From NCBI GenBank assembly GCA_020725145.1, contig DYFO01000001.1:46855-110854 (forward strand): a DNA stretch of 64,000 nucleotides. The letters are read 5' to 3'. The first letter of the stretch is position 1, and the number at the start of each line of letters is the position of its first letter. This DNA is from Symbiobacterium thermophilum (GTDB lineage: Bacteria > Bacillota > Sulfobacillia > UBA995). This document shows positions 8,630 through 17,877 of the stretch, in pieces. The position numbers were made by a program, and so were the translations under genes. Under the pieces are notes generated by a model. The model was given only the letters and a program-made list of their open reading frames with translations. It was not told where the DNA came from and did no database searches.

Positions 8630-9610
8630 CTAGCCCAGGCGCTGACCCAGGGAAAGCATGCCGCTCATGCTCACCGCGGTCACCAGGCTGCCGGTGACCG
8701 CAAAGGGTACCGCGTTGGGATCTGGCCACAGGAAATACACGAACGCGAGGTAGCTCAACGGAACGAAAGACACCTGAAAGACGTCGCCGGGTTCGGCGTA
8801 AAAGGCCCAGACCTCGGGGCGGAGGCGACGTGCTCCCGGCTCGGCGGCGAGCAGGGCCTCAAGTTCGGGCTTGTGGGCCCGTACTCTGAGCTCAATACGC
8901 ACCCGATCCGCCACCAGGCGCTTGAGTTCACCGGGCGTGCCCGAGGCCACGAGTTCCCCGCGGTCGATGAGTACGACCTGAGTGGCGACACTTTCCACTT
9001 CGGGAAGGTTATGGCTGACCACCAGGAAGGTTGCCCGGTCGCCGGCGTTGCGTTCGTGCAGGTAGTTCCAGAGCATCTGGCGGCGGCGGGGGTCGAGGTC
9101 GTTGGTTGGCTCATCGAGGATGGTGATGGGCCGGTTGGCCATGAACGCGGCCAGCAGGGCGGCCAGGCGACGTTCACCTCCGCTGAGCCGCCACATGAAC
9201 CTGTCGGCGAGGTCGCCGGCCTCAAACCGCTCCAGCAACGCGTCGCTCTGGCGGCGGGCCGCGCCGGCAGGTTGGCCGCGCAGCATGCCGGTCATCGTCA
9301 ACACCTCGCGGAAGCGGTGCGCCTGCAGTGCCAACACTTGCTGTCCGTAATACGCTACGTGCAGCGGCACGATCTCGGGCCGGGACACCACGTCCTGCCC
9401 CAGTAGACGAATGGAACCAGAGGTGGGGCGCAAAAGCCCCGCGAGCTGGCGGACGAAGGTCGTCTTGCCGGCGCCGTTCGGCCCCAGCACACCGAAGATG
9501 ACGCCGGCGGCGATGTCCAGGCTGATACGGTTGTTGGCCGGCGACTTCGTGCGGGGGTACACTTTGGTGAGATCGCGTACCGCGTAAGCCGGGCAGTCGA
9601 ACGTTGCCAT
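8630..9610 (-). CDS. ABC transporter ATP-binding protein; its C-terminus runs into membrane segments and is ended by an in-frame TAG
   Basis: ATG at 9610 follows a GAGGAGG RBS. The translation has a Walker A (GPNGAGKTT), a signature LSGGERRL and a Walker B (ILDEPTNDLD). The last ~50 aa (FVPLSYLAFVYFLWP...VTAVSMSGMLSLG) are hydrophobic. Confidence 0.75.
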   Translation of the reverse strand: MATFDCPAYAVRDLTKVYPRTKSPANNRISLDIAAGVIFGVLGPNGAGKTTFVRQLAGLLRPTSGSIRLLGQDVVSRPEIVPLHVAYYGQQVLALQAHRFREVLTMTGMLRGQPAGAARRQSDALLERFEAGDLADRFMWRLSGGERRLAALLAAFMANRPITILDEPTNDLDPRRRQMLWNYLHERNAGDRATFLVVSHNLPEVESVATQVVLIDRGELVASGTPGELKRLVADRVRIELRVRAHKPELEALLAAEPGARRLRPEVWAFYAEPGDVFQVSFVPLSYLAFVYFLWPDPNAVPFAVTGSLVTAVSMSGMLSLGQRLG

Positions 9611-9747
9611 CGCCTCCTCGGACCCAAAGTACAGACCGGCCATGCGTTTTCCCGACCGGCCCACCGCTTTTCTGCATACCCCGCAGGGTCCGGGGCAGGG
9701 ACGGCAGCCTGCAAGGCGAAGTTGGCCTTCGGGAGGAGGCAGGAAGC

Positions 9748-10644
9748 TTGGAGATCACCCTGGAGTGGCTGCGTGCCGCCTTTGAGCGGGACGGCTACGT
9801 GGCGGGAGAAGATGTTCTGGTCGCGGTTTATCTTGCCCTGCGGCTACACAAGCCGCTGCTGGTCGAAGGAGCGCCGGGAGTGGGCAAGACCGAGCTCGGC
9901 AAGGCGCTGGCCCGCATCCTGGACACCGAACTGATACGCCTGCAGTGCTACGAGGGGTTGGATGAGAACAAAGCCCTTTACGAGTGGAACTACCAGCGGC
10001 AGCTCTTGCGCATCCAGCTTGCCAGGGGGACCGCCGACGAGGACGCCATCGAGAGCGGGCTGTTCTCCGAAACCTACCTGCTCGAGCGGCCGTTGCTCAA
10101 GGCGATCCGGGCAGAGCGAACCCCGGTGCTGTTGATCGACGAGGTGGACAAGACCGACGAGGAGTTCGAGGCGTTCCTGTTCGAGGTGCTGTCCGACTTC
10201 ACCGTCTCCGTGCCCGAGCTGGGTACCTTGCGTGCGCGCCAGGTACCGGTGGTGGTGCTCACCAGCAACGGCGAGCGCGAGCTGTCCGACGGCCTAAGGC
10301 GCCGGTGCGTGTACCTTTACATCGACTTCCCCTCGGTGGAGAAGGAGGTCGAGATCATCTGCTTCCGCGCTCCCGAGGTCGGCGAGGCGCTTGCCCGCGA
10401 GATCGCCGAGGTCGTGCACCACCTTCGCTCGCAGCTGGAGCTGGCCAAGAAGCCGTCGATCGCCGAGACCCTGGACTGGGCACGGGCCCTGGTGGCGCTC
10501 GATGTCGACCGCCTTACCGACGCGCAGCTGCTAAGAACCGCCGGCTTTCTCCTCAAGCACCGCGACGACCTGGAAACCCTGCGAGAGGAGGCCCGCCAGG
10601 GGGGCATCGTGCACCGGGCACGCGGGGGTGCCGCCGGTGCCTGA
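9748..10644 (+). CDS. MoxR-family AAA+ ATPase (CoxD-like)
   Basis: TTG 9748 lies 9 nt after a GGGAGGAGG RBS. The ORF-track ATG at 9604 would overlap the divergent ABC gene. The translation has a Walker A (GAPGVGKTELGKALA) and a Walker B (VLLIDEVDK). Confidence 0.75.
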   Translation: MEITLEWLRAAFERDGYVAGEDVLVAVYLALRLHKPLLVEGAPGVGKTELGKALARILDTELIRLQCYEGLDENKALYEWNYQRQLLRIQLARGTADEDAIESGLFSETYLLERPLLKAIRAERTPVLLIDEVDKTDEEFEAFLFEVLSDFTVSVPELGTLRARQVPVVVLTSNGERELSDGLRRRCVYLYIDFPSVEKEVEIICFRAPEVGEALAREIAEVVHHLRSQLELAKKPSIAETLDWARALVALDVDRLTDAQLLRTAGFLLKHRDDLETLREEARQGGIVHRARGGAAGA

Positions 10645-11992
10645 AATCCCGCGGCGGGGGCTTGAGCAGGCTGCGGCGGCCGCCGGGCCCGAACTCGTGG
10701 AATGGAACCTCGTGCGCTTTGGCCACCTCTTGCGCGACATGGGGGTTCGCGTCTCCTCGGCAGAGCTTTTGGACGCGGTAAGGGCGCTTGGCCTGGTGGA
10801 CATGGGGTCGCGGGAGCTGGTGAAGGCGTCGCTGCGGGCCACCATGGTCAAGAGCGCCCGCGAGGTTCCGCTCTTCGACCAGGCCTTCGACCGCTTTTTC
10901 GTTGCGTTGGAGGAAAGACAAGCGCAGGCGGAGCTGGCACGGCGGCGCCGCGAGGAACTTGCGGCAAGGCGCGAGCAAGCCCGGCGTGAGCTCTGCTTTC
11001 AGGGCCGACCCCTTGGGCTGACTCCCGAGCAGCTGGACGGCTACCTTCGCCTCGGAGAAGAGGGGCAGCGGCGGCTGCGGGAGTTCCTGGACCAGAGCTC
11101 CTCCGGCGTGGGAGTCCACCCCGGCCTCAGTTCACTGGTGGAGAGCATCGTGAGGGGGCACCTGGCAAGGTGGCTACGGCAGGAAAACCTCTCTTTCCTT
11201 CCGGGAGATGAGGATGGTGGGTTGGGGCCCCCTCCCGCGGTGGGGCCGGACACCGGCCTGCTTCTGTACCAGGATCTGAAGCAGCTCGAAGGTCCGGAGC
11301 TGGAGCGGGCACTTAGGTTGGCGCGGCGCCTGGCACGACGCCTGGCCTCCCGCATCTCCCGCCGCCATCGTCTCGCGCCCTCGCGCGGGATGGTGGACTT
11401 CCGGCGGACCATCCGTCGCAACCTGCGTTTCGGCGGCGTGCCGTTGCGTCTTGCCTACCGCCGGCGCCGGGTCGGCAAGCCCCGGCTGCTTGTGGTGGCC
11501 GACGTTTCGGGTTCCATGGCCCGCTACTCTCGTTTCGTGCTGCAGTTCATCTACGGGCTCTCACGTGCCGTGGGAGGTGTGGAGATCTTCGCCTTCGCCG
11601 ACGACCTTGAGAGATTGACGCCCGCGTTCTTGGGCGCAAGACCCTTCGCACGCACCATGGCGGCCGTGATGGGGCAGGGCGACATCTGGGGAGGGGGAAC
11701 CGACCTGGCCCAAGCCCTGCAGACGTTGCGGTCGCGTCACGCCGCGTGTCTGACCCGCGACCGCGTGCTCCTCGTGGTAAGCGACACCAAGACGGTGAAG
11801 GTGGACGTCGCCGCCGCCGAGCTTGCCCGCATCGGCCGGATGGTCAGGGAAGTGCTGTGGCTGAACACGCTGCCGCGTGCCCGGTGGCGGGATCTGGCCT
11901 CGGTCCGGGCTTTTCAGTCCTCGGCGCGGATGTACGAATGCTACACTCTCGCCCACCTCGAGCGGGTGATGGCGCGGCAGGTACTCGGCTGA
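10628..11992 (+). CDS. VWA-domain protein (CoxE-like) paired with the MoxR ATPase
   Basis: GTG start overlaps the MoxR stop. The MIDAS motif VVADVSGSM is typical of CoxE/VWA proteins that partner with MoxR ATPases. Confidence 0.75.
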   Translation: MPPVPEIPRRGLEQAAAAAGPELVEWNLVRFGHLLRDMGVRVSSAELLDAVRALGLVDMGSRELVKASLRATMVKSAREVPLFDQAFDRFFVALEERQAQAELARRRREELAARREQARRELCFQGRPLGLTPEQLDGYLRLGEEGQRRLREFLDQSSSGVGVHPGLSSLVESIVRGHLARWLRQENLSFLPGDEDGGLGPPPAVGPDTGLLLYQDLKQLEGPELERALRLARRLARRLASRISRRHRLAPSRGMVDFRRTIRRNLRFGGVPLRLAYRRRRVGKPRLLVVADVSGSMARYSRFVLQFIYGLSRAVGGVEIFAFADDLERLTPAFLGARPFARTMAAVMGQGDIWGGGTDLAQALQTLRSRHAACLTRDRVLLVVSDTKTVKVDVAAAELARIGRMVREVLWLNTLPRARWRDLASVRAFQSSARMYECYTLAHLERVMARQVLG

Positions 11993-12075
11993 GGGCTTGA
12001 CTATTCGGTAGAAAGCCTAAAGGGGAAGGATTTTCGGGGCCGGGCTGAAATATAGGCGCGGGAGGGAAAGCAGCC

Positions 12076-12693
12076 GTGCAGGGCTCGCGCCGGGAAACCT
12101 ACGCGGCAGCGCTGGACATGGCCCGCCGCGACTTCGCGGCGCGTGACCCGGCGCAGGCCGCCCGCGAGGCAGGCGGGAGTTTCGACCCTGCGCGGTCCAC
12201 CTTGTTCCTCGATTACCTGGGAGTCCGTTATGGTGTACACTATCCTTCAGGCCGGGTGTTCGTGGCATCTTCCCCCGACCGTCCGGCCGCGGAAGTTCCG
12301 ACCGTGATCATGCTGCACTACCTGGTGAAAACGCGGGGAGCGACGCCTTCGGGCAGGTGGATCTCGTTCCGCGAGCTTCCCGGCGGCGACGTGTACATGC
12401 CCGCTTTCAACCGGCGGGCGGTCATCTGGCTGCTTCGCCGCTTCGGCCAGGCCCCCGAGCGGCTGCTCGAGGCGGCGCTCAGGCTGGGGGGAACCCGCCT
12501 GGACCTGGGCGATGTGGGTGCGACCTTGGATGTGTTGCCGCTTTTGCCCGTGGCCTTCGTCCTCTGGCGAGGCGACGACGAGGTTCCCGCCGGAGGCAAC
12601 GTGCTTTTCGACGCGACGGCGCCTTTGCACCTGGACACCGAGGACTTGGCGGCGGTCGCCGGCGAGGCGCTGGCCGCCCTCTCGAGGGCGTAG
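12076..12693 (+). CDS. DUF3786-like protein, a family typically linked to acs/CODH clusters
   Basis: The 205-aa protein starts at GTG after a GGGAGGGAAAG RBS. Size and position immediately upstream of cooC are characteristic of this family. Confidence 0.45.
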   Translation: MQGSRRETYAAALDMARRDFAARDPAQAAREAGGSFDPARSTLFLDYLGVRYGVHYPSGRVFVASSPDRPAAEVPTVIMLHYLVKTRGATPSGRWISFRELPGGDVYMPAFNRRAVIWLLRRFGQAPERLLEAALRLGGTRLDLGDVGATLDVLPLLPVAFVLWRGDDEVPAGGNVLFDATAPLHLDTEDLAAVAGEALAALSRA

Positions 12694-12776
12694 GAAGACT
12701 TAACATTCTGGATTCCGACAGGGCAGCCCAGGTTTATGTTACTTTTAGATCAGTCTAGACCCAGGGAGATTCACGG

Positions 12777-13589
12777 ATGAAGCTGGCGGTTGCCGGCAAG
12801 GGGGGCGTCGGCAAGACCACGCTTGCCGCCGGTCTGTGCTTTTTCTTGGCCCGGCGCGGCTTTGCCGTCTGGGCGGTGGACGCCGACCCCGACGTCAGCC
12901 TGGGCGCGGCCCTCGGATTCCCTCCCGCGTTGCTGGAGGCACAAAAGCCGCTCATCGAGATGAAGGAACTGGTCGAGGAACGCACCGGTCAGGGTTCCTA
13001 CCTCGTGCTCAACCCCCGCGTCGACGACCTGCTCGCCCGGTACTCGTGCCGCCAGGGCGACATCCGGCTGCTCAGAATGGGCGGGGTCAAGCCGGGAGGC
13101 AGCGAGTGTTACTGCAAGGAGTCCAGCTTCCTGCGGGCGGTGCTGGCGGCGCTCTTGCTCGGGGAGCATGACGCGGTGGTGCTGGACATGGGTGCGGGCA
13201 TCGAGGGCCTGACCCGGGGCACGGCCCGCGGGGTGGACCTTTTGCTGGTGGTTACCGAGCCCACCCCCACCAGCGCGCGGTCGGCCGAAGTCATCGCCGG
13301 TCTGGGTGCCGACCTTGGGATCGCGCGGGTCGGATTCGTCGCCAACAAGGTCCGCAACGCCCGCGAGGAGGAGTACCTGGGAACACGCCTTGGCCGGTCA
13401 CGGCTTCTGGGCTGCATTCGCCACGACACCGAGGTGCTCGACCTGGCCCTGGCCGACGGGGCGGGGCCGGTGGTGACGAGGTCGCGTGGGCTGTCCGCCG
13501 ATCTCGAGCAGGTGGGCAGAAGGGTTCTTGCGGAACTGGGGGAAGGGCCGGCCGGGCCGTCCCCGTCAACTTTTGGAAGGGGAGGTTAG
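12777..13589 (+). CDS. cooC: CODH nickel-insertion accessory ATPase CooC
   Basis: MKLAVAGKGGVGKTT is a deviant Walker A. It sits immediately upstream of the CODH catalytic subunit. RBS is GGGAGA. Confidence 0.85.
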   Translation: MKLAVAGKGGVGKTTLAAGLCFFLARRGFAVWAVDADPDVSLGAALGFPPALLEAQKPLIEMKELVEERTGQGSYLVLNPRVDDLLARYSCRQGDIRLLRMGGVKPGGSECYCKESSFLRAVLAALLLGEHDAVVLDMGAGIEGLTRGTARGVDLLLVVTEPTPTSARSAEVIAGLGADLGIARVGFVANKVRNAREEEYLGTRLGRSRLLGCIRHDTEVLDLALADGAGPVVTRSRGLSADLEQVGRRVLAELGEGPAGPSPSTFGRGG

Positions 13590-13592
13590 AAG

Positions 13593-15626
13593 ATGTCTCC
13601 GAGGCACCGGAACACCCAGCTGGGCTTCGGCGCGACGGCCAAGCAGCCGGGAGCCAGGCCGCGCCGCGAGGCCGATGCCCGGCACACGGTCGACCCCGCC
13701 GCCTGCGAGCTGCTCGAGGAGGCCAAGGCCAGGGGGATTGCAACCGCCTTCGACCGTTTCCTTGCCCAGCAACCGCAGTGCACCTTCGGACTGGACGGGC
13801 TGTGCTGCCGGGTGTGCATCCAGGGTCCCTGCCGCATCAACCCCAAGAAGGCGGGAATGGACAGGGGCATCTGCGGGGCGCGCGACTACACGATCGTCGC
13901 CCGCAACCTGGCGCGCGCCATAGCCGGCGGCACGGCCTGCCATTCCGACCACGGCCGCCACATCGCGCTGACCCTCTTGCACGTGGCGCAAGGAGAGATC
14001 GGCGAGGAGAACTACCGCATCACCGATGAGGACAAGCTGCGCCGGATCGCCCAGCGCATCGGCCTGGAGACCGCGGGCGTGCCGGTTGCCGAGCTGGCCC
14101 GCCGCGTGGCGCTGGCCGCCCTGGCGGACTACGGCCGCTATACCGATGAGCCATGCACCTGGCTTGACACCACCATCACCTCGGGCCGGCAGGCCAAGTT
14201 CCGCCACTGCGGGATCAACCCCTCGGCCATCGACCGCGCGGTCACCGAGATCATGAACCAGACGGCGATGGGCATGGACGCCGACCCGGTGAACATCATC
14301 TTCGGCGGGCTGCGCACCGCGCTGGCCGATTACACCGGCATGCACATCTCCACCGACCTGTCGGACGTGCTCTTCGGAACGCCGACCCCCATCGTGTCAC
14401 AGGCCAACCTCGGCGTGATCGATCCCGACTACGTGAACATCGCCACCCACGGGCACAACCCGACGCTTTCCAGCCTGGTGGTGGACGCCGCCGCGGCACT
14501 GGCCGAGGAGGCACGCCAGGCCGGGGCCAAGGGCGTCAACGTGGTGGGGATCTGCTGCACCGGCAACGAGCTTTTGATGCGCGACGGCGTGTACCTCGCC
14601 TCCAACGTCTCCGGTCAGGAGCTGGCGATCATGACCGGGGCCCTGGACGCCATGATCGTGGACGTACAGTGCATCATGCCGTCGGTGCGGGCGGTGGCCG
14701 AGTGCTATCACACCTGCGTGATCGCCACCAACCCGCTTGTGAAGATCCCCGGCACCTACCACGTGGACTTCCGCGAGGAGAAGGCCCTGGAGACGGCCAA
14801 GGAGATGGTCAGGCTGGCCATCCAGAGCTACGGCCGGCGCGACCCCGACAAGATCCGGACCACCGACCACCGGCAGGACGTGGTGGCCGGCTGGAGCCTG
14901 GAGGCCTTTACCGATCTCCTTGCCGGCCTCGACCGCGATCGCCCGGTGAAGGTGCTCACCGACGCCATCCTGGAGGGCGAGATACGCGGGGTCGCCCTTT
15001 TCGCCGGCTGCAACAACCTGAAGGTGGCGCAGGACAGCTCGCACCTGGCCATCCTGAAGGGTCTTTTGGCGAACGACGTCTTCGTGGTGGCCACCGGGTG
15101 CTCGGCGGGCGCGGCGGCCAAGGCCGGGCTCATGGCCCCCGGGTCGTTCGAGCAGTTCGGCGGCGAGGGGCTCAAGCGTTTCCTGGGCCGCCTGCGCGAC
15201 GCGGCGGGAACGAAGTACGGACTGCCCGCCGTCTTCCACTTCGGCTCGTGCGTGGACAACACGCGGGCGGCCGACCTGTGGACGGCCATGGCGCGGGAGC
15301 TGGGAGTGGACGTGCCCAAGGTCCCCTTCGTGGCCAGCGCGCCCGAGGCCATGCACGAGAAGGCGGTATCCATCGGCTCGTGGGTGGTGGCGATGGGCAT
15401 TCCCACCCACGTGGGGGTCATGCCCCACATCGAGGGGTCGGAGCTGGTCTACGGCGTGGGCACGCAGGTCGCCCACGACGTGTACGGCGGCTACTTCATC
15501 CTGGACCCCAATCCCGAGTCCGCGGTCGCCAGGCTGCTTGACGCCCTGGAGTACCGGGTATGGAAACTGCGCGTTCACCGCAAGGCGGCCGAACGCTTCG
15601 GCACCACCCTGTCCACGGTTTACTGA
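13593..15626 (+). CDS. acsA: Ni-dependent carbon monoxide dehydrogenase catalytic subunit (AcsA/CooS)
   Basis: The 677-aa protein has N-terminal Cys clusters (CTFGLDGLCCRVCIQGPCRI, CGA) and typical internal Cys/His ligands. Gene order matches the Moorella acs operon. Confidence 0.9.
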   Translation: MSPRHRNTQLGFGATAKQPGARPRREADARHTVDPAACELLEEAKARGIATAFDRFLAQQPQCTFGLDGLCCRVCIQGPCRINPKKAGMDRGICGARDYTIVARNLARAIAGGTACHSDHGRHIALTLLHVAQGEIGEENYRITDEDKLRRIAQRIGLETAGVPVAELARRVALAALADYGRYTDEPCTWLDTTITSGRQAKFRHCGINPSAIDRAVTEIMNQTAMGMDADPVNIIFGGLRTALADYTGMHISTDLSDVLFGTPTPIVSQANLGVIDPDYVNIATHGHNPTLSSLVVDAAAALAEEARQAGAKGVNVVGICCTGNELLMRDGVYLASNVSGQELAIMTGALDAMIVDVQCIMPSVRAVAECYHTCVIATNPLVKIPGTYHVDFREEKALETAKEMVRLAIQSYGRRDPDKIRTTDHRQDVVAGWSLEAFTDLLAGLDRDRPVKVLTDAILEGEIRGVALFAGCNNLKVAQDSSHLAILKGLLANDVFVVATGCSAGAAAKAGLMAPGSFEQFGGEGLKRFLGRLRDAAGTKYGLPAVFHFGSCVDNTRAADLWTAMARELGVDVPKVPFVASAPEAMHEKAVSIGSWVVAMGIPTHVGVMPHIEGSELVYGVGTQVAHDVYGGYFILDPNPESAVARLLDALEYRVWKLRVHRKAAERFGTTLSTVY

Positions 15627-15655
15627 ACCGGCAGGCAGAAGGGAGGATAAGTCAG

Positions 15656-17845
15656 GTGCCCGTCACGCTTGAGGAGTTCGAGAAGATCTACGAGGGGGCC
15701 ATCGAGGATCCCGGACAGGCTCCTCTGGGCCTTTTCAAGCAGGCATACGAAGGAGCGGTGATCGCCACCAGCTATGCCGAGATCCTGCTTGACCAGGCGC
15801 TCAGGACCCACGGGCCGGAGGCGCCGGTAGCCTATCCCGACACCGCCTACTACCTGCCGGTGATCACCGCGCTGAGCGGTGAGAAGGTTACCAAGCTGGG
15901 CGAGCTGGTACCGATCCTCAACCGCATGCGCGAGCAGATCCGCGAGGAGCTGACTTTCGAGAACGCGCGGCTTGCGGGGGAGGCGACGCTGTACGCCGCG
16001 GAGATCATCGAGGCACTGCGGTACCTGGAAGGCATCGGGACGCACCCCGAGCCCTGGACCGGGTTCTTGCCCGACCCCGTGGTGCGCCGCTACGGCATCA
16101 AGCTCGTGGACTGGACCATCCCCGGCCAGGCGGTGATCCTGGGGCGCGCCCGGACCTCGAAGGACGCGGCCAAACTGGTCTCGGAACTGATGGGCAAGGG
16201 GTTCATGATCTTCGCCTCCGACGAGATCATCGAACAGCTCATCGAGGAAGACGTCAAACTGGGTATCGACTACATCGTGTTCCCCCTGGGTGCTTTTACC
16301 CAGATCATCCACGCCGTCAACTACGCGCTGCGGGCCGGACTGGCCTTCGGCGGCATCCCGCCCGGGCAGCGCGAGGAGGCGCGCGACTACCAGCGCCGGC
16401 GCGTGCGGGCTTTCGTGCTGCACCTGGGCGAACTCGACGAGGTCAAGATCGCCGCGCACTTCGGCGCCATCTTCCTGGGCTTCCCGGTGATCACCGACCA
16501 GGTGGTACCCGAGCAGCTGAAAGACTGGTGGGTGTCCCATCCCGACTACGAGGACATGGTCGCCTACGCCATGGAACTGCGGGGCATCAAGCTCACCACC
16601 ACCAGGATCGACATCCCGCTCAACTTCGGACCGGCCTTCGAGGGCGAGACCATCCGCAAAGAGGACGTCCATGTGGAGATGGGCGGCGGCCGGTCGGTGG
16701 CCTTTGAGCTATGCCGGATGGTCGGCCCCGAGGACATCAAGGACGGCCGCATAGAGGTATTCGGGCCCGAGATCGACGCCTTCAAGGAGGGCGACAGGGT
16801 CCCCTTCGGCCTGATCGTCGAGATCTACGGCCGCAAGATGCAGGAGGACTTCGAGGGAGTGCTGGAGCGCCGCATCCACTACTTCATCAACTACGCCGAG
16901 GGTCTTTGGCACGTGGCGCAGCGCGACCTCGCCTGGATGCGGGTGTCCCGCGAGGCGTTCCGGAAGGGCTTCCGCTTCCGCCACTTCGGTGAGCTCCTGA
17001 TCGCGAAGTTCAAGGAGGAGTTCCCCGCCATCGTCGATCGCGTCCAGGTCAAGATCTACACCGAGGAAGCCAAGGTCAGGGAACTGGCCCGCGAGGCCCG
17101 GGCCAAGTACCACGCCCGCGACGAGCGGATGCGCGGCCTGACCGACGAGGCGGTGGAGGAGTTTTACTCCTGTCTGCTCTGCCAGTCCTTCGCGCCCAAC
17201 CACGCCTGCATCATCACCCCCGAGCGGGTGGGCCTGTGCGGCGCGGTGACCTGGCTGGACGGCAAGGCCTCCTTCGAGATCAACCCCACCGGTCCCAACC
17301 GGCCGATCGTCAAGGGACCGGCCATTGACGAGGTCAAGGGCATGTGGCCCAACGTCAACGACGCCGTCCGCGTGGCCACCAACGGCCATTTGCAGGAGGT
17401 CAACATCTACACGCTGATGGATCGCCCCATGACTTCCTGCGGGTGCTTTGAGGCGATCATGGCCATCCTGCCGGAGGCCAACGGCATCATGATCACCACC
17501 CGCGAGCACAAGGGCAGCACCCCTTGCGGCATGACCTTCTCCACGCTGGCGGGGATGGTCGGCGGCGGTGTGCAGACCCCCGGGTTCATGGGTATCGGCC
17601 GCTCCTACATCGTCAGCCGCAAGTTCATCACCGCCGACGGTGGTCTGGCGCGGGTGGTGTGGATGCCGCGCGAGCTCAAGGACTTTCTGCGCGCCGACCT
17701 GGTCGCCCGGGCACAGGAACTGGGGCTGGGCGAGGACTTCATCGACAAGATCGCCGACGAGTCGGTGGGGGAAACGGTGGAGGCGATCCTTCCCTACCTG
17801 GAGGAGAAGGGACACCCCGCCCTGAGCATGCCCTCCCTCATCTGA
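15656..17845 (+). CDS. acsB: Acetyl-CoA synthase catalytic subunit (AcsB, A-cluster)
   Basis: GTG at 15656 lies 9 nt after a GGGAGG RBS. The ~730-aa protein ends with the A-cluster region ...CQSFAPNHACIITPERVGLCGA...CGCFE. It follows acsA. Confidence 0.9.
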   Translation: MPVTLEEFEKIYEGAIEDPGQAPLGLFKQAYEGAVIATSYAEILLDQALRTHGPEAPVAYPDTAYYLPVITALSGEKVTKLGELVPILNRMREQIREELTFENARLAGEATLYAAEIIEALRYLEGIGTHPEPWTGFLPDPVVRRYGIKLVDWTIPGQAVILGRARTSKDAAKLVSELMGKGFMIFASDEIIEQLIEEDVKLGIDYIVFPLGAFTQIIHAVNYALRAGLAFGGIPPGQREEARDYQRRRVRAFVLHLGELDEVKIAAHFGAIFLGFPVITDQVVPEQLKDWWVSHPDYEDMVAYAMELRGIKLTTTRIDIPLNFGPAFEGETIRKEDVHVEMGGGRSVAFELCRMVGPEDIKDGRIEVFGPEIDAFKEGDRVPFGLIVEIYGRKMQEDFEGVLERRIHYFINYAEGLWHVAQRDLAWMRVSREAFRKGFRFRHFGELLIAKFKEEFPAIVDRVQVKIYTEEAKVRELAREARAKYHARDERMRGLTDEAVEEFYSCLLCQSFAPNHACIITPERVGLCGAVTWLDGKASFEINPTGPNRPIVKGPAIDEVKGMWPNVNDAVRVATNGHLQEVNIYTLMDRPMTSCGCFEAIMAILPEANGIMITTREHKGSTPCGMTFSTLAGMVGGGVQTPGFMGIGRSYIVSRKFITADGGLARVVWMPRELKDFLRADLVARAQELGLGEDFIDKIADESVGETVEAILPYLEEKGHPALSMPSLI

Positions 17846-17877
17846 CGGATGCGGCCCAAGCGAAAGGAGAGGGGAAC

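Noticed and set aside
8630-8632. The in-frame TAG codons here and at 36406-36408 read as pyrrolysine or programmed amber read-through.
   Set aside because: TAG is used as an ordinary stop elsewhere (for example 1281-1283). No pyl genes are in the window. The GNAT gene additionally carries a frameshift. Pseudogenisation or sequencing error is more parsimonious.
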